A stretch of DNA of 61,790 bases, counting the filler, from Basidiobolus ranarum (lineage: Eukaryota): assembly GCA_040143965.1 (NCBI GenBank). It is 2 parts of 2 records of this genome, joined end to end, with 100 filler letters (N's around TTAATTAATTAA, not from the genome) between each part and the next. Parts side by side here need not be neighbours in the genome. Positions count along the whole stretch, not along the records: positions 1 to 30,918 come from JASJQH010006971.1; 1 more part is not named here. One strand, written 5' to 3'. The first letter of the stretch is position 1. The number at the start of each line of letters is the position of its first letter. The notes under the pieces are model-generated. The model was not told where the DNA came from. It did no database searches and worked only from the letters and a program-made list of their open reading frames with translations. This document shows positions 10,552-24,514 of this stretch, piece by piece. The translations under genes and the position numbers were made by a program.

Positions 10552-12111
10552 TTAAACATTGAGCAATAATCTTCTAGGGTCCTCAACGGCTTCCTTCAAT
10601 TTAACCAAGAACGTCACAGCCTCACGACCATCGATGATACGGTGATCATAGGTAAGAGCAACGTACATCATAGGGCGGCTTTCAACCTTGCCGTTTACAA
10701 CAACTGCTCTTTCCTTGATAGCATGCATACCAAGAATAGCGGCCTGTGGCATGTTGATAATAGGAGTACCCAGCAATGCCCCAAAGACACCCCCATTGGT
10801 GAAGGTGAAAGTACCACCAGCCATATCCTCAATGGTAATCTTATTTTCACGAGCCTTTTGACCTAATTCATAGATGGTCTTTTCAACATCAATGAAGCTC
10901 ATCTTGTCAGCATTTCTAAGGACAGGGGTGACGAGACCCTTAGGGGTAGCAACGGCAACACTGACGTCACAATAATCTCTGTAGATGATATCGTTTCCTT
11001 CAATAGCGGCGTTAACGGCAGGAACAGCTTGAAGTGCTTGGGTGGTAGCCTTGACGAAGGCAGACATGAATCCAAGTTTAATACCATGTTGCTTCAAAAC
11101 GGCGTCCTTGTATTGACTACGCATGCCCATCAAATTGCTCATGTCAATTTCGTTGAAGGTAGTCAAAGAAGCAGCAACACTTTGTGATTCCTTGAGACGC
11201 TCAGCGATTCTGAGACGCATTCTGCTCATCTTAACTCTGCGCTCTTCACGGCCTCCCAATTGCTCTTGAGGATTACCTGAGGTAACTGGGGCAACAGGGG
11301 AAGGTTGTTGAGTTTGGACAGGCTTAGGAGCTTGAGGTTTGGGTTGTTCAGTGGGTTGAGACTTGGGCTTCTCAACCTTAGGGGCAGATTCCTTGGTCTC
11401 GACCTTCTTTGGCTCTTCCTTAGGAGCTTCGGATTTAGAAGCACCTTCAGCGGGAGCATCTCCAAGTTCGATCTTGAACAAGTCAGCTCCAACTTCGATG
11501 TTATCTTCTTCCTGGGCAAAGACCTCAGTGATAGTACCAGAAACAGGGGAATTGACGGCAATATCAACTTTATCGGTTTCAATGGAAGCAACCTCCTCAT
11601 CTTGATGTACAAAGTCACCAACCTCTGTATTATTAGAGAATAATAAATATATGATATAGAAAACTAATAAAATAATAACAATAAACCATACTTTTAATCC
11701 AGGTTTTTAAAGTACCCTCGGTAATAGACTCGGCCAAAGAAGGAACCTTGATAACTTGGTCGGCTATAAAGAGAAGATTAGACGGATGTGGGATAAACAA
11801 ATACATAAAGAAAGGTTTACTCTACCATAAGATCTGCTTTGGAGGCGGAATGGGCTGCGTTCATTTCTAAAAGTTCAAAAAAATGTTAGCTTACGTAGCA
11901 AGATGAACAGAAAAAATGAACCAACATACTGAATGTGCTTGGAAGCAGTCAAGAATGCTGGGGCAATGAATTGAGGTTTGACTTGACGAGAAGTAGCAGA
12001 TACGGCTCTGAGAGCAAAAGTGGAAAAAGCGCTCAAGGAAGTGGTATTAGCACGAACCTTAGAGGCAGTAGAAATGCATTTAGGAGCCCTCTTAAGGGTG
12101 GAAGAAAGCAT
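10552..12111 (-). CDS. KGD2: Dihydrolipoamide succinyltransferase (2-oxoglutarate dehydrogenase E2), mitochondrial, multi-exon
   Basis: Presequence-like N-terminus, lipoyl motif ETDK, catalytic [28 protein letters not shown]. Confidence 0.96.
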
Positions 12112-13821
12112 CGTAAATAAAGTGTAGAAGTTAGGAACGAAGGACAGCCAGAAGATTGACCAATGTGTACGGTTTTATGGACGCAACTAATGACGGATGG
12201 GTTAAATTGACAGGCTTCACACCACGGATTTCATTCAAATCATCAATATTATTGGTCCCAACCAATGCCAAATATGGAATCAGGGTGTGGTTGACAGGTT
12301 AATTTTCTTCCTCGAGTCAAACCGCATATTCTGTCACTAAGAGAAAATATCACTCGACCAGATGCCGGAGCCATTTGGGAAATAAATTGGGGCGCTTTTG
12401 GTTCATGATGTGTAAATGTATGGGGAAGAATAAATATGCTACTGAAACCGTAACATCGGGGACCTTTTCCAAAAAAACACCTCCCCATTTCCCTCAGTGA
12501 CATTTAGAGTTCCCCACTGTGGGGAAGGAATTCCTGGACTATCCTCAAGGCTAAGGTGGATTTTCTAATGTCCGAACCATACATCCCCCTTCCCCAACCC
12601 GAGTTTGCTCTGTTTAAACGGCAATTTGGGGAGCTAAAGTACAGGTTAGCCTTCGCCTCCATGAGTCACTGGAAACTCTGGGTTTAATATGGAGAATGGA
12701 TATCAAATATAATCGCTTTGTGGGGGACGATGAAACACAAATGCCAAATTCAGTCTTGATTTTGGATTGTGCATATATTTTCTCTCATGACGGATATACG
12801 TAATCGTAGTAGGGTTAGTGTCACTGTAGTTACAGAAGCCACTCCTATGCTATTACAGCATCTGGACTCATTGCATTGGACTGTATTGAGCAGTACTCCA
12901 CCATCATAGTATTGAACTGCACTATCATTGTATTATATATGTATCCATCATTGTATCGTACACATATCCATCACTGTACCATACACTCCATCATATACTC
13001 CACTATCATGTCGAACTGCATTTCACTCCTTGACTATGTGTCAACGCTATCTTGAATGAAATTGTGCCACCTGCTGTCAAAGCATGAACATTTGACATTG
13101 ATGTGACGTTTGCAATATATATATGGATAAGCCCGATGAGATGCACTTATATAAATAGTTCACATAAGCCGAACATCTAGGAGAAGGGTGTGCGATTGAT
13201 TTGGGAATGAAATACAAGCCGCGCTCCTCTACTGCCCTCTACAAATGAATTATATCTTCGGTAGAATCCTCATCCAATCGGATGTTGGTAGTGATTACCC
13301 CATACTCACGCTCCGATCTACTGACTTTATACTACTCACGCGCGAATGAGTTACTGGATGACCACGTGCATGTAAGAGCTTGGTGCCAGTGAAAATATCC
13401 ACCTTTCCCACAGCTACCGATCGTTCAAGCATATATTCACAAGCATTATTACTGGAGAGCGATTCAATTGAATATGAGGCTCAGCAATTAGCTATCGCCA
13501 GTAGGTTTTAGATTCACTATTGAGGGTGAAAGTGGAAGTGAAAGTACCAATCGTAAGTTCCATGGTGGAGTCTCAACCACATCCTTTTTTTTCGTCATTT
13601 AGCTCATTCTGATTGGATTCCAGAGGCTCATTTCCAAATCAATTTAAAAAGTGACTAAATGTGGTGATGTCTTGTAGTTATTATTGGGGCTTGACACGGA
13701 ATAATTAACGAAATGAAAACGAATGCTCAGCAGGTAAAAATATACATGAAATTTAAACAAAACGAAATGCTTCCTATTAGAGTTAAATTACTGGCTAAAT
13801 AACTCCTTTTCCACAGATCCA

Positions 13822-16800
13822 TTATCGTTGTGACAGAAGGTATTCATTGGTCAAAAAGTCATATTCCTGCTGATGGTTCAAAAGGGCTTGCACCAGGTGC
13901 AACGGTGTCAACATATCTTTCGGAGCGTCAGCATTTTTGCTTCTCCACAAATTCGAGGATTTATCTTCTTGTTCGTAGTCCTTGTCATACATAGGATTCA
14001 ACGGTGTTTCCTGAGAACGAGCTCCGGCTGAAAGGCCCTCTTGAATTTGTAAGGTTCGCTTGGTCAAACGGGTAAGGAATATCTTGCCAACCTTGTTAAA
14101 GAATAGAACATCTCTTAATAAATGATATCAGCTGTGAGAGCGAGTAAATCAATCAAAACATACTTCTAGTAGCAGATTTCCCACTTGTTCTCTTTGCTCG
14201 TTGACTTGGGTATTGGAGATTCTTTTCATTTTTTGACGACTACTGGTAGAAGTTAACCGTATTGTCCCGGGGAGGTTCAGTTGGTTAACGGTTTTCCAAA
14301 TCCATTCAATCCCTTTCTTATGTTCCACATTCGTATTAGAATGGGTACTTTCAAGGACAATCTCTCTATATAATTGGGTTTGAGTGGCTTTGCACACTAT
14401 ATCTTTGGCTGTGCTGGTCAAAGAGCTGGTGGAGAAATCATCGTCAATGTCAATATCAAGTTCGTCATCTAAATGGTACAACTTTTAGCGCAGGTGATTT
14501 TAGATAAATATTGAATATAAAATGGTACCATGATCAACATCAGCTTCCCAATCGTCACCTAGCTCATGCTTTAATTCCTTAGAATTGGTCAGACTGGAGA
14601 AAACCTTGAGTCTACGATTGACCTCGTCCAGGATGGTCTTGCACTCTCGTCCAAGTAAATAGCTAGGATTGTCAGAGGTGGCTTGATGACTTGTACCACA
14701 AATTTTACATAGACCATTGACTGACTGTATGATGGATCCATGGCTGTTCATTTCTACCAATCTACTCTCGAATCTGGCTTCTTTACCAAATATTGTATTT
14801 CGATCCAATTCAAGGTCATAAAACCGTTCCCCACCAAGGATTTGGCGGCCACTACGAGTATCGTCAAGCTAAAAGGGAATTTTATGAAAAAGATCGAATG
14901 AACAGATGGTTTGGTTTTAGTAAAGGTGTACAACAAGATTCTAGCAAGTGGGCTACAAACCTTAAGTTGGTGAATAATGTCTACTGGCTTGTTCCTAGAG
15001 TCATAGAAATGCAATTGTAATCTTATCGGGAATTCTCCCCAAGCATGACGTGTCAGTCTAAACGGAGGCTGTTCAAGGTCAACAACATCGTTGGGTTTGT
15101 AGCTGGGATGGAGAAAGACTCGAATTTTGCTGATGAAATCTTGTGATTTCTCTTGGGTTGGGAATTCCACATAAACCATCCATTTGTGTGAATAATGCTC
15201 CATACCAGGTTTTCTTCTAGAGACTGGGATGAATTTGGATACATTCCCAACAATCACCCGTTTTTTGATGTAGAATCTCGAACCATGATGTTGATTGTTA
15301 GTGGCCGAGAGTATTTCTTTTAGGTTACTAGCATACGAATCGTAGGTAGGAAGCGAAGTGATTGACGTTTTGTTACCAGTGATTGACTTTGTGTCGGGTG
15401 TCAGCTGGTGAGCGTTTTCAATAAATCCTGAGTCGACAACTTGCTCGTTGTCCTTGTCTTCGGATTCGTCGATATCCATCATTTCATCATCAGTCTGTGA
15501 AGTAGGGCGCACAAGGGGTGGGTCGAGTGCTGTTTCAGCAATGGAGGTGAGTGTAGATTCAGTCACCATTTCTTTCAATATTGGAGTGGATTTGTCAGGT
15601 AAAGTCATCATTGAATTAACTATTCCCAAGGTTGTCTCTGAAATGGTGTTGAGATTGTTATTATCGTTATCCTTGCCTTCACCTTCACCATCGTAAGATG
15701 TTTGTAAGCAATCATGATCCAGAGCGGGGACTTCCTCAGTTTTGATTTCAGTGAGATGTTCTTGGCCTTGCGTTTCATCAGTAATGCATAAATCCTCTTT
15801 CTCTGGATTGTTTGAGAGATTCGTGTGTGTGTTCGAATCAACGTTCGAAATCCTTGCTGTATCGAGGGAATGAGATGCTTGGCTATCAACCAGATTCAGG
15901 TCTTCTTCTGAGTTAGGGGCATGAGTTGATTTTTCTCCTTCCACACTCTCAACCACATCAGAACTTCTTTGGATTGGACTAATTGATATAGCTTCTGTAA
16001 TGGTCTTGAGGGTAGATTCAGATATTGACTGAGTTGGCTGAATATTGCTTGTCTTCTCATCCACCGATTCATTATCTAAATCCATTTCTTCGATGTTTGT
16101 GGAAGGTGATATAGTTACGATAGTCTCTTCAACAGGGCTGCGAAGTACTGAATCATTTTCTTCAACGTTGCATAACTCGTGAGTTGTGACTAATTCTTTC
16201 TCCTCTGGTGCATTTCCGGATAGCACAGGTATGGTTTTTTCAGCAATACTAGCTTCATTTCTAGCCTGATAATCCAAGACCTTCGAAAGGAAATCTGGTG
16301 AGATCTCTTCATGAATGAAATTTCCTTCTTCTGTATGGTGTTCTTCTAGTGATGTAGGAAGGCTCGTTTCTTCAGGAGATTTTCGATCGTCAGTTGCAAG
16401 CAGATAATTAGATGACTGCATTACAGGATGCGTATCTGCCGAATTGCCAATAATTTCCAACTCTTCCACCTCTTTTGTTGGTGCATCAGTTTTCAATTCT
16501 AGCATATCAAGTGAAGGTGAAGGCGAGGGTGAGGGTGAAGGTTCACCTTCCGATATCCGCTTCCCAGCCGAAAGGATAAACGCCGTTTCAGGCATAGGCT
16601 GTCGATCCGAAGGGTTAGATGCTGAGTTAGTAGATTCAACAACCTGCTCAGGATTCACTTCTGAGGGGATATTTTCAATATGTTTCATGGAAAGTTGTCC
16701 AGTGAGATGATGTCCTAGATTAGTGGATTTTCTAGAGGGCGGATCAACCGTACATATGGATGAATCTTCAGGATCGTCCACATCATTCACTTCTGTATTT

Positions 16801-18332
16801 ACATTCATATTTTTCCCACTGAAATGCTTGGTTGGCATCTTGCCAGCATATTTGGGCCGCTTGCTAGATTCCAGATGTGCATTTCGGTAGTATTTTCTAC
16901 AAGTTTTGCCAGAATACTCATGGTCCGAGTCATCGTCATCTCTAGACGGTTGGTCTCGTTTCCTAGGATACTTGGATAAGATCGACCTTCTACGTGTACC
17001 AAAATCGAAGGAAGTTGATGTGTCCGAGTCTGAAGAAGATGATGAAGAGGAGGAAGAAGAAGAAGAAGAAGTGGGGGTGGAGGAGATACGAAATGGGGTC
17101 GATTTTCCAGATTTCGAATGTGGATTCTTGATTGATTTAGTTGCGGAACGAGGTTGAGTTCGTGATGGTTCATCGTTATCCAAATCCACGTCTTCCTCAA
17201 ATACTTTAATCGTTGGCTATTTTATAATAAAAATTCGATGTTCAGCTTGAGGTGGTCTAAAGTATTTACTAGATCTAGGGCACGCTTTACCTTTTTCATT
17301 CCATTCAATGTACTCGATAATTGATCCTTCATTTTGTCGTCTAGTTTTCTATTTGGTGGCATGTGTTAGTGCTAAGTCTATTGAAAACGAGTGTTTGTGT
17401 ATTGGAAATATAGAAACCTCTCCATTGATCCTAGACCACCGCCTTTAGTGAATATGGTGGCTAATGAATGTGTCGCAATCCGTCTTCTACATGGATGGTC
17501 AAGAGGAACGTCTGACTCGTCCTAAGAAATAAAAAGCAATAAATCTTGATGTTAGTGCATAGAACCATTCTCTAGCTCAGCAAGATAAAAGACATGTAGA
17601 AACACGTACGACTGGGGTTCCACATAGGTAGTTAGATTGTTCGTGGGATGAAAACTCCAAATCATGTGAAATTCTACAGTGGTTAATGAATCCTTGTTGG
17701 TTTAAGAATTTGGCTCGACCACATTCTGGACAAGCAAGTCTAAAAATTTTCATCTTTTGCGTAAGTAGCTTGAAACTACTTGACGTTTATAAAATATTTT
17801 CAATCCACTTACTTTACAAAAGTACCATCGGCACGACGACTGTACAAAGCATCATAAGATTTCCGATCAGTAGTTTTGCCTTTGCCACCTTTCGTTGTGG
17901 TGACAACGTCATCCAATTCCGTATTTGTCGTATCTCGTTTAGCTTTCTCGGAAACAAGTTGCATTCCAGCTAAGAAAATGTGTTAAGAGCTTTCGAGAAA
18001 AGGAAAAGCAGAGGGGATTTTCCTCACATTCTTTCTACTTAAAAAATCCCTCTCTTGATATTTGATAAAATTTCTACCTGATATAGCTTCTTTCAACTCT
18101 CCGATCAACTTTTCCCCATTTTCTAATTCTGCTTCTATCGTTAAGATTTCTCGTTGTTTTAATAATAATTCAAGATCGAATTGGTTTTGAATCACTTGAA
18201 TAATCTGTTCTCGTGTTTTTGGATCTATGAGTTTTTGGTTAGAAAATTGGGATTGAATAGATAGAATGACTTTCTTTTGAAGTGGAAACTAAGCAAAGGG
18301 TGTTTACCATTCGGTATACTTTCTCGTGACAT
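13822..18332 (-). CDS. YEATS2-like protein: N-terminal coiled coil, AHC1-type C2H2 finger, long acidic linker, YEATS domain, conserved C-terminus; multi-exon
   Basis: QFDLELLLKQREI exon (~18195); CPECGRAKFLNQQGFINHCRISH (~17660-17735); HKWMVYV..FLHPSYKPND..WGEFPIRLQLHF; C-terminal LTPLHL..DFLTNEYL. ATG 18332 inferred from the following GT donor. Confidence 0.85.
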
Positions 18333-18859
18333 TAGTTCCAATTTTCAGTAAGAATTTTTACAAAATGAGAGTCTATATAGGGCAAGTGTTTCAAAAACAA
18401 AAAGAAGTGAACAAAATTCCACACGAAATATGAGTGTAGAGAATGACTTTCAAAAGATAGTACTAACAAAAGTAAGTTAACTTCTTGGCAGTATATTAAT
18501 TATGTGTAAAACTGGAGAAACTATGAAACTTATAAAATTATGGTAAATAAACAAAAAAATCTATACCTTCTATAATCTCTAAAAAAAATCGTCACAACTA
18601 CCACCTACTTTTTGAGCTTGGATGTGATATCCGCACTTTCACCGTCCTCGGAAAACCAATCGAAATCTCGGAAACTCTGTTAACGACGGTTAAACCGTAG
18701 TTATGATTAAGGGGTGTAACAATGAATTCGAGCCGTAAAAGAACCACGTGTACAAGACGGCTTATGGTTTATTTAGTTTACAAACCTCCCTGCTGTTATA
18801 GTTTTATTCTATTTGAAAATATCCAGTTATAACTATTCATATAATCTCTTTCTCTAATT

Positions 18860-19796
18860 ATGTTCAATTTCTTCCAACGCAAATCTCCCGCCGAGCTACT
18901 CCGCCAGCATCAACGGGCCCTTAATAAAGCCCAACGGGAGTTGGATAGAGAGCGTAGCAAGATGGAGCAACAAGAGAAGAAGTTAATTGCTGATATAAAA
19001 AAGAATGCCAAAGCTGGTCAAATGGTTAGTTGTTTGGTTTTCTTAACTTCGTTAAAGCTCCATTAATAAAATTTGAATAGAATGCTTGTAAAATTATGGC
19101 CAAGGATCTTGTACGTACACGGAAACATGTTCAGAAATTCTATCAGATGAAGACTCAACTTCAAGCAGTATCTTTGAGAATCCAAGTTAGTTATTATTTC
19201 AGTCGACCTTCCCATATAACCGACACTTTATTCGAGAAATAACGAGTAACTTATGGGATATATTCCTTCGTCTGTAGACTCTTAGTTCTAATAACCAAAT
19301 GGCAGAAGCAATGAAGGGAGCTTCCAAGGTACAATGAGTTTAATTTATCCATGCCAAGCGAATGATATCCTTGTAATTCTAATTGATCCATTTCCAAGGC
19401 TATGAGATCTATGAACTCGCGCATGAATCTTCCACAAATACAAAATATCATGATGGAATTCGAACGCGAAAGTGAGATGATGGATATGAAAGAAGAGATG
19501 ATGAATGATGCCATTGACGATGCGATGGATGAGGACGACGAGGAAGAAGAGACCGATGCTATAGTCAATCAAGTGTTTGATGAGATCGGAATCTCTTTTG
19601 ATCAATCTGTACGTTAAGTCATTGAACTCAGCATTTGTTCTCTTGGAATTTAACTAACTCCTCGCACCAGCTATCAGATACTGTCACTCCCCTCAAGAAC
19701 CCAGGGGCTGCTACTGCTGAGAAGGAGCCTCAAGCCGAGTTGCTCTCGGATGACGCCGTTCTTCAAGCACGTCTAGATAACCTGCGTAGAGAGTAA
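18860..19796 (+). CDS. VPS2: ESCRT-III subunit Vps2/Did4 (CHMP2A), multi-exon
   Basis: ELLRQHQRALNKAQRELDRER..AKDLVRTR..MNLPQIQNIMMEFERESE; C-terminal MIM1 LQARLDNLRRE*. Confidence 0.95.
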
Positions 19797-20167
19797 GAGC
19801 TCATGTAAAATTGATACATTTGCTCAATAACATAAAGTCCATTCCTCGAAGATTTACTAAAATAATGGTGAAAGCAGCAGCCATATCTTATCAAGTTGTT
19901 TGTTCGTTTATGTAAAGAGCCACATGAAGTGGTGGAGTGAAGAATATGACAAGGGTAGAGAAAGTAAGGATGAATATGAATAAAGTTAGGTATCTCACTT
20001 TCTAGAGAATAAATTACATGGAATAACTTAATGGGTAGGTTTTTAAATTACACAAAATTCGGAGTAGGTGATAGGGTGTGGTTTATATAGTGGAAGATTC
20101 TAAATGCTTCACGTCACTGTGGTTATAAGGGGTAAAAAAGAGTATTGGGCACCTGTTGATTCATTGT

Positions 20168-21378
20168 TCATTGTTTACTGTAGTTCTTGGTTCCTTTCAA
20201 TTCCCAATGATCAGCCCTACAATCAACTGTGTATTCCAGGTCATCGCGGGTGATAGAATCCCAATATTTGTATATCATCATCACTGCGAACAGAGTACAC
20301 AGCACACTCAGAAACAAGCCGTCGAGATAGTGAGAGGTTGACTCGCAGATTTCCAGAGAAAACAGCATCAATATCACCTGTCCGGCCACGAAGGAGGCCG
20401 CCGCAAAAACGATTCCACCTAAAGTACTAGTCTGTTAACAAGGGAAGAACCCACTATCAATGCAATAATCAATGAGAATCATTACCTAAAGGCCAGAGAT
20501 CGTCTAGGGTATTAACTACCAGAAGGATCTGAAGAATGAAATATATACACATAGCCGCACCATTGAAGAAGAAGTAAACGATCCACAGGGCTAGTGGCTT
20601 GGTTGAATCAAAGACTTCAAACAAGTTCTCGAAAGTCGCGAACGAGATAAATGTAACCATGGCTAATATTAGAAGAGAGGAGATGCGCATGGACTAAATA
20701 GAAATAAGAGGGCTGTTAAATATTGATGTCATTGGATCTTTGAAAGTAACAGCTCGGTACCCATAATGATAACGGAGTACCATCTTCTGCCCACTGAAAG
20801 CCCACAAACCCATTTAGAAGAAGACACCAGACAGTGGCCGATGTGAGCCCCATATGAACGGCTGTAAAATACTTGGAAATGGGTTAGATCACTAGACCGG
20901 AACCTGACCATCAAAGAGTGTGTTACCTTGTAAACGCTTGAGCCGATGGGTATGATTCCAGCGATGAGCAGCATCTCCAATATCGTAGTTGTAGTGAAGA
21001 AATAAAAGAACATCACCATTTCCTTCCGTCCTATGATGGCTAAGTTAGTCTCATACATCCACGTCAATTCAACAGTGACCCTAACTGACCTACTGCAGTG
21101 TACTTTACTTTGATGTTGTAAATCATAATGAATAACATAACAAGAGTGACCATGTACATTGCAAATGAACCTAAAAATCACCATTTGGTTAGCTTGGGCT
21201 ACTGCCTCTGAATCGTATATGACAGTTGCGAACCAGGTTGAAATATCAGAAATCCTCCAACATCTAGATTTCGCGAGTAGCACACAGGCACAGTACGAGT
21301 TGCCGTCGGACCCACCAGGGGGCACACGGTCAAGGACAGTGTGTTGCAAAGCTCGTCGAATCTACCAAACTGTATCAT
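20168..21378 (-). CDS. CHS7: Chitin synthase export chaperone Chs7, multi-exon
   Basis: Start [22 protein letters not shown] at 21378; [43 protein letters not shown]. Confidence 0.93.
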
Positions 21379-22175
21379 GGTTTGTAGTAAATAGGGAAGT
21401 GTCAGGTCTCGAAAGCTGCAGTATCAGAAGGGTGAAGGTGAAGAGACGGGTTGGGAATTCAAAATAGAGCTAAATTGTTTGGAAGGATGGAGTATTTGTA
21501 GTGTTGGGTTGGGTTGGATATTTAACAAGCCACATATCAAATGCGAGACAAACAGAAATAAAACAAATCAATTCCTGGCTTCGTGTTTTTCAAGGGGCAT
21601 ATATGCTAGCCAATGACGGAGTAGAGATGGCATAGTGACACTCTGTTTTATTTCACTCCGCTCAAACATAAATCCTAACGTAACTAGAGAAAGCAGAGAG
21701 AGAGGATCAGCCTGGCATGCAGAGAAATGCGATCGAAGTTAGAATAACCTGGATATTGCAGAAATGGAGATGTCTGCTCGCTTAAAAATATCATCCGAAA
21801 TCCACAAACGCATCATAACGTATCTTACCAAAGGCTGAGCCATGACTGTAAGCAGTAGCTGCTTACTATGCTAAGATATGAATTATCTCACCGAAACTAT
21901 TTGCCTCAACTGACAAATTTCCGATCTGAGGGGAATCATGAACGTAGCCTAGATGATTGTCTGAACCAACTGTAAACTCTATATCCACGCGGAAGATTAA
22001 TCTCTTCTCAGATTTCATCGTAACTGGTTGTAGCTTAAATTGCCACTTAACTTATTCACACATTTTGGATTTTGGATTTTGTTTGTTTAAAGGAATTGGG
22101 TGTTTGGGTGTTAAAAAAAGAATAGAAATACTTCCCAAGTGCGGTAAAGTCTTCTTTTCTTCACCAGCTCCAAGT

Positions 22176-23025
22176 ATGTCTGACACCCTCAAGATTTCCC
22201 GTAAGTTTCTGCACTTTACTAGTTGTAACAAAAATTCATCTAATCCAACATCTTGGTAGGACCCATTGTTATTTCTGGTCCATCTGGAACTGGAAAAAGT
22301 ACTTTACTCTCCCGCTTATTCCAAGAATTCCCCAATGAGTTTGGCTTCAGTATTTCCCGTTAGTATTCATCCAGTATGAAACTTCGCTATTGCGTACAGG
22401 GACTAACTTCTAAATTAATTGCCTAGATACCACTCGTAAACCCCGCTCAGGAGAAGAGAATGGCAAGAATTATCATTTCGTCGAGCGCTCCATAATGGAG
22501 CAAGAAGTTGCCGTCGGGAAGTTTATTGAATCAGCAGAATTCTCGGGAAATTTATACGGTACTACTTTCTAAATCACCTTCTTTATCGTTCAATATCATT
22601 TCTCTGACAAGGGATTGGGTTTAACGATTGACTAGGCACCTCTATTCAGGCCGTTCAGGATGTAGTTAATTCCGGCAAGATCTGCATTTTAGATATTGAT
22701 ATGGTTAGTATTTAAAGAGTTAGAACGCTCTTTGCCAAGAAATCTTTTTAAACATTTCTTTATTAAATAGCAAGGTGTCAAGTCCGTGAAAAATACCGAC
22801 TTGAATGCTCGATTCGTTTTCATCGCACCACCCTCTGTTGAAGAGCTTGAAAGACGTCTTCGCGGACGTGGAACCGAAACTGAAGAAAGTTGTCAAGCTA
22901 GATTAGATGCAGCTCGTGCCGAATTAGAGTACGCAGACCAACCAGGCTCTCATGATGAGATTATTGTTAATGATGACTTGGATGTAGCTTACGACAAACT
23001 GAAGAAGTTCATCTTCCAAAATTGA
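22176..23025 (+). CDS. GUK1: Guanylate kinase, multi-exon
   Basis: [16 protein letters not shown]-loop; [37 protein letters not shown]. Confidence 0.96.
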
Positions 23026-23451
23026 GTAGTTAACGAATATAGATATCACATAATGAATAAATCCCGCCCCCGCATGATGATCATCTAGTAATTCAACTTC
23101 CTCGAATTGCTGTTTTCAATGAACAAATCACATTGCACCGTTATATACAGTAGAAAAGATTGAAGAATTTAAATTACGCGTGTTATCATTTAATGTACAA
23201 GCAGTAGTTCTCAAAAAACCTCAGTAATCGATGAAAGAATTGAAACTTCATTTTGCTGGGAAAAGTACAAAGCAAGTATTGACATCGTTATTCAGTATTT
23301 CTATTAAAATTCTAACATGAAATGTACAATTATAACCAATGCATTACTGAATCCATACATTTTTGGACGGTACTTGGCTGAATAGACAGATGGATAACAA
23401 TGATGATAAAGTAAGTTAATGTATAACGTAGTCAGCGTATCTAGCATTATT

Positions 23452-24210
23452 CTATGCTTTTTCGATTTTGGCCATCTTATTTTTATATTGACGTTCCTTC
23501 TTGGCCTTTCTCTTCTTTTTCAAAGCCTATAAAAGAGAACTGTCAGTTCAGTTAAATAACACCAATTGCTTGCAGTTGACGACATACCTCTTTCTTGGCT
23601 TCAAGTCCTTTAGCCTTGTTTTTAGCATTCTTGGCCTTTAAATTCTCGATATGTTCAGGGGTTCTGGTGGCTTTCTTTTCTTGTTTAAGGCGTCTTTCGC
23701 GTTTCTTATGATCCTATGTAACAAAACAATATTGAATAACTGCTTCTAAACAATGAATTTTACAACAACACATACGTGACTGGCTAAATGTAATTCCACC
23801 ATTTTTTCGTCTTTTAAAACCTTTTCGGGACATAGGTCACAAGAGTAAACAGTCTTGTATTCACCCTCTTCTTCTACAGCTTCGTCACCTTCACCGGCAG
23901 CTTCTTCATCGTCACTGTCTTGTTCTGACTTATCACTATCGTCTTCATTCTCCGATTCGGGCCTATCAAGCTCACCCACCACCAAACCAGTGGTTTGCTC
24001 ACCTACATCACTTCCATCGTCCCAGTCTTCTTCTTCGCTTAAACCTGCCTCACCAAGAACCTTTTTAAGTATAGATTCTTCTTCTGAATCGAAGTCACTT
24101 TCTTGTTCCTCTTGGTCTTCTCTCTCCTCTTCCTCCTCGGAGTAGCTATCTACATCACTATCAGAAGATTCGGCAACCTCTTCTACACCTCTAGTCAAAC
24201 GTTTGAACAT
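23452..24210 (-). CDS. Acidic N-terminus / C2H2-like zinc finger / Lys-rich C-terminus protein (probably nuclear or nucleolar), 3 exons
   Basis: Spliced product CDLCPEKVLKDEKMVELHLASH/DHKKRERR.../ALKKKRKAKKERQYKNKMAKIEKA*. Confidence 0.75.
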
Positions 24211-24514
24211 GATATCAAATAATAAGTTGTAGTTTGAACCGAAGAGTTTCCAAGTATATCAATTAGAAGTAACAAAAGAAGAAAAAAAGTTTTGTTAGAG
24301 AAAGATTTTTTTTTTCCTTGGAATGATTTACAAGATTTTTTACAAATTTCTATTATGATGATGGAAGTGGGAACTAATTGAATTTCTTCTTTTTTAACTC
24401 AGTAATGTGTTTATTTGGGAGTGGTGTGGATTAATTATAGTGATTCAATTTTATCTATTATTAACAAGTAAAGTTAGGATGATAGATGAGCGAGTTAAGT
24501 GGAAGATATTTCGT

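Noticed and set aside
12890-13020. Degenerate CCATCAT-containing ~20-bp repeats
   Set aside because: Irregular low-complexity sequence with no consistent period.
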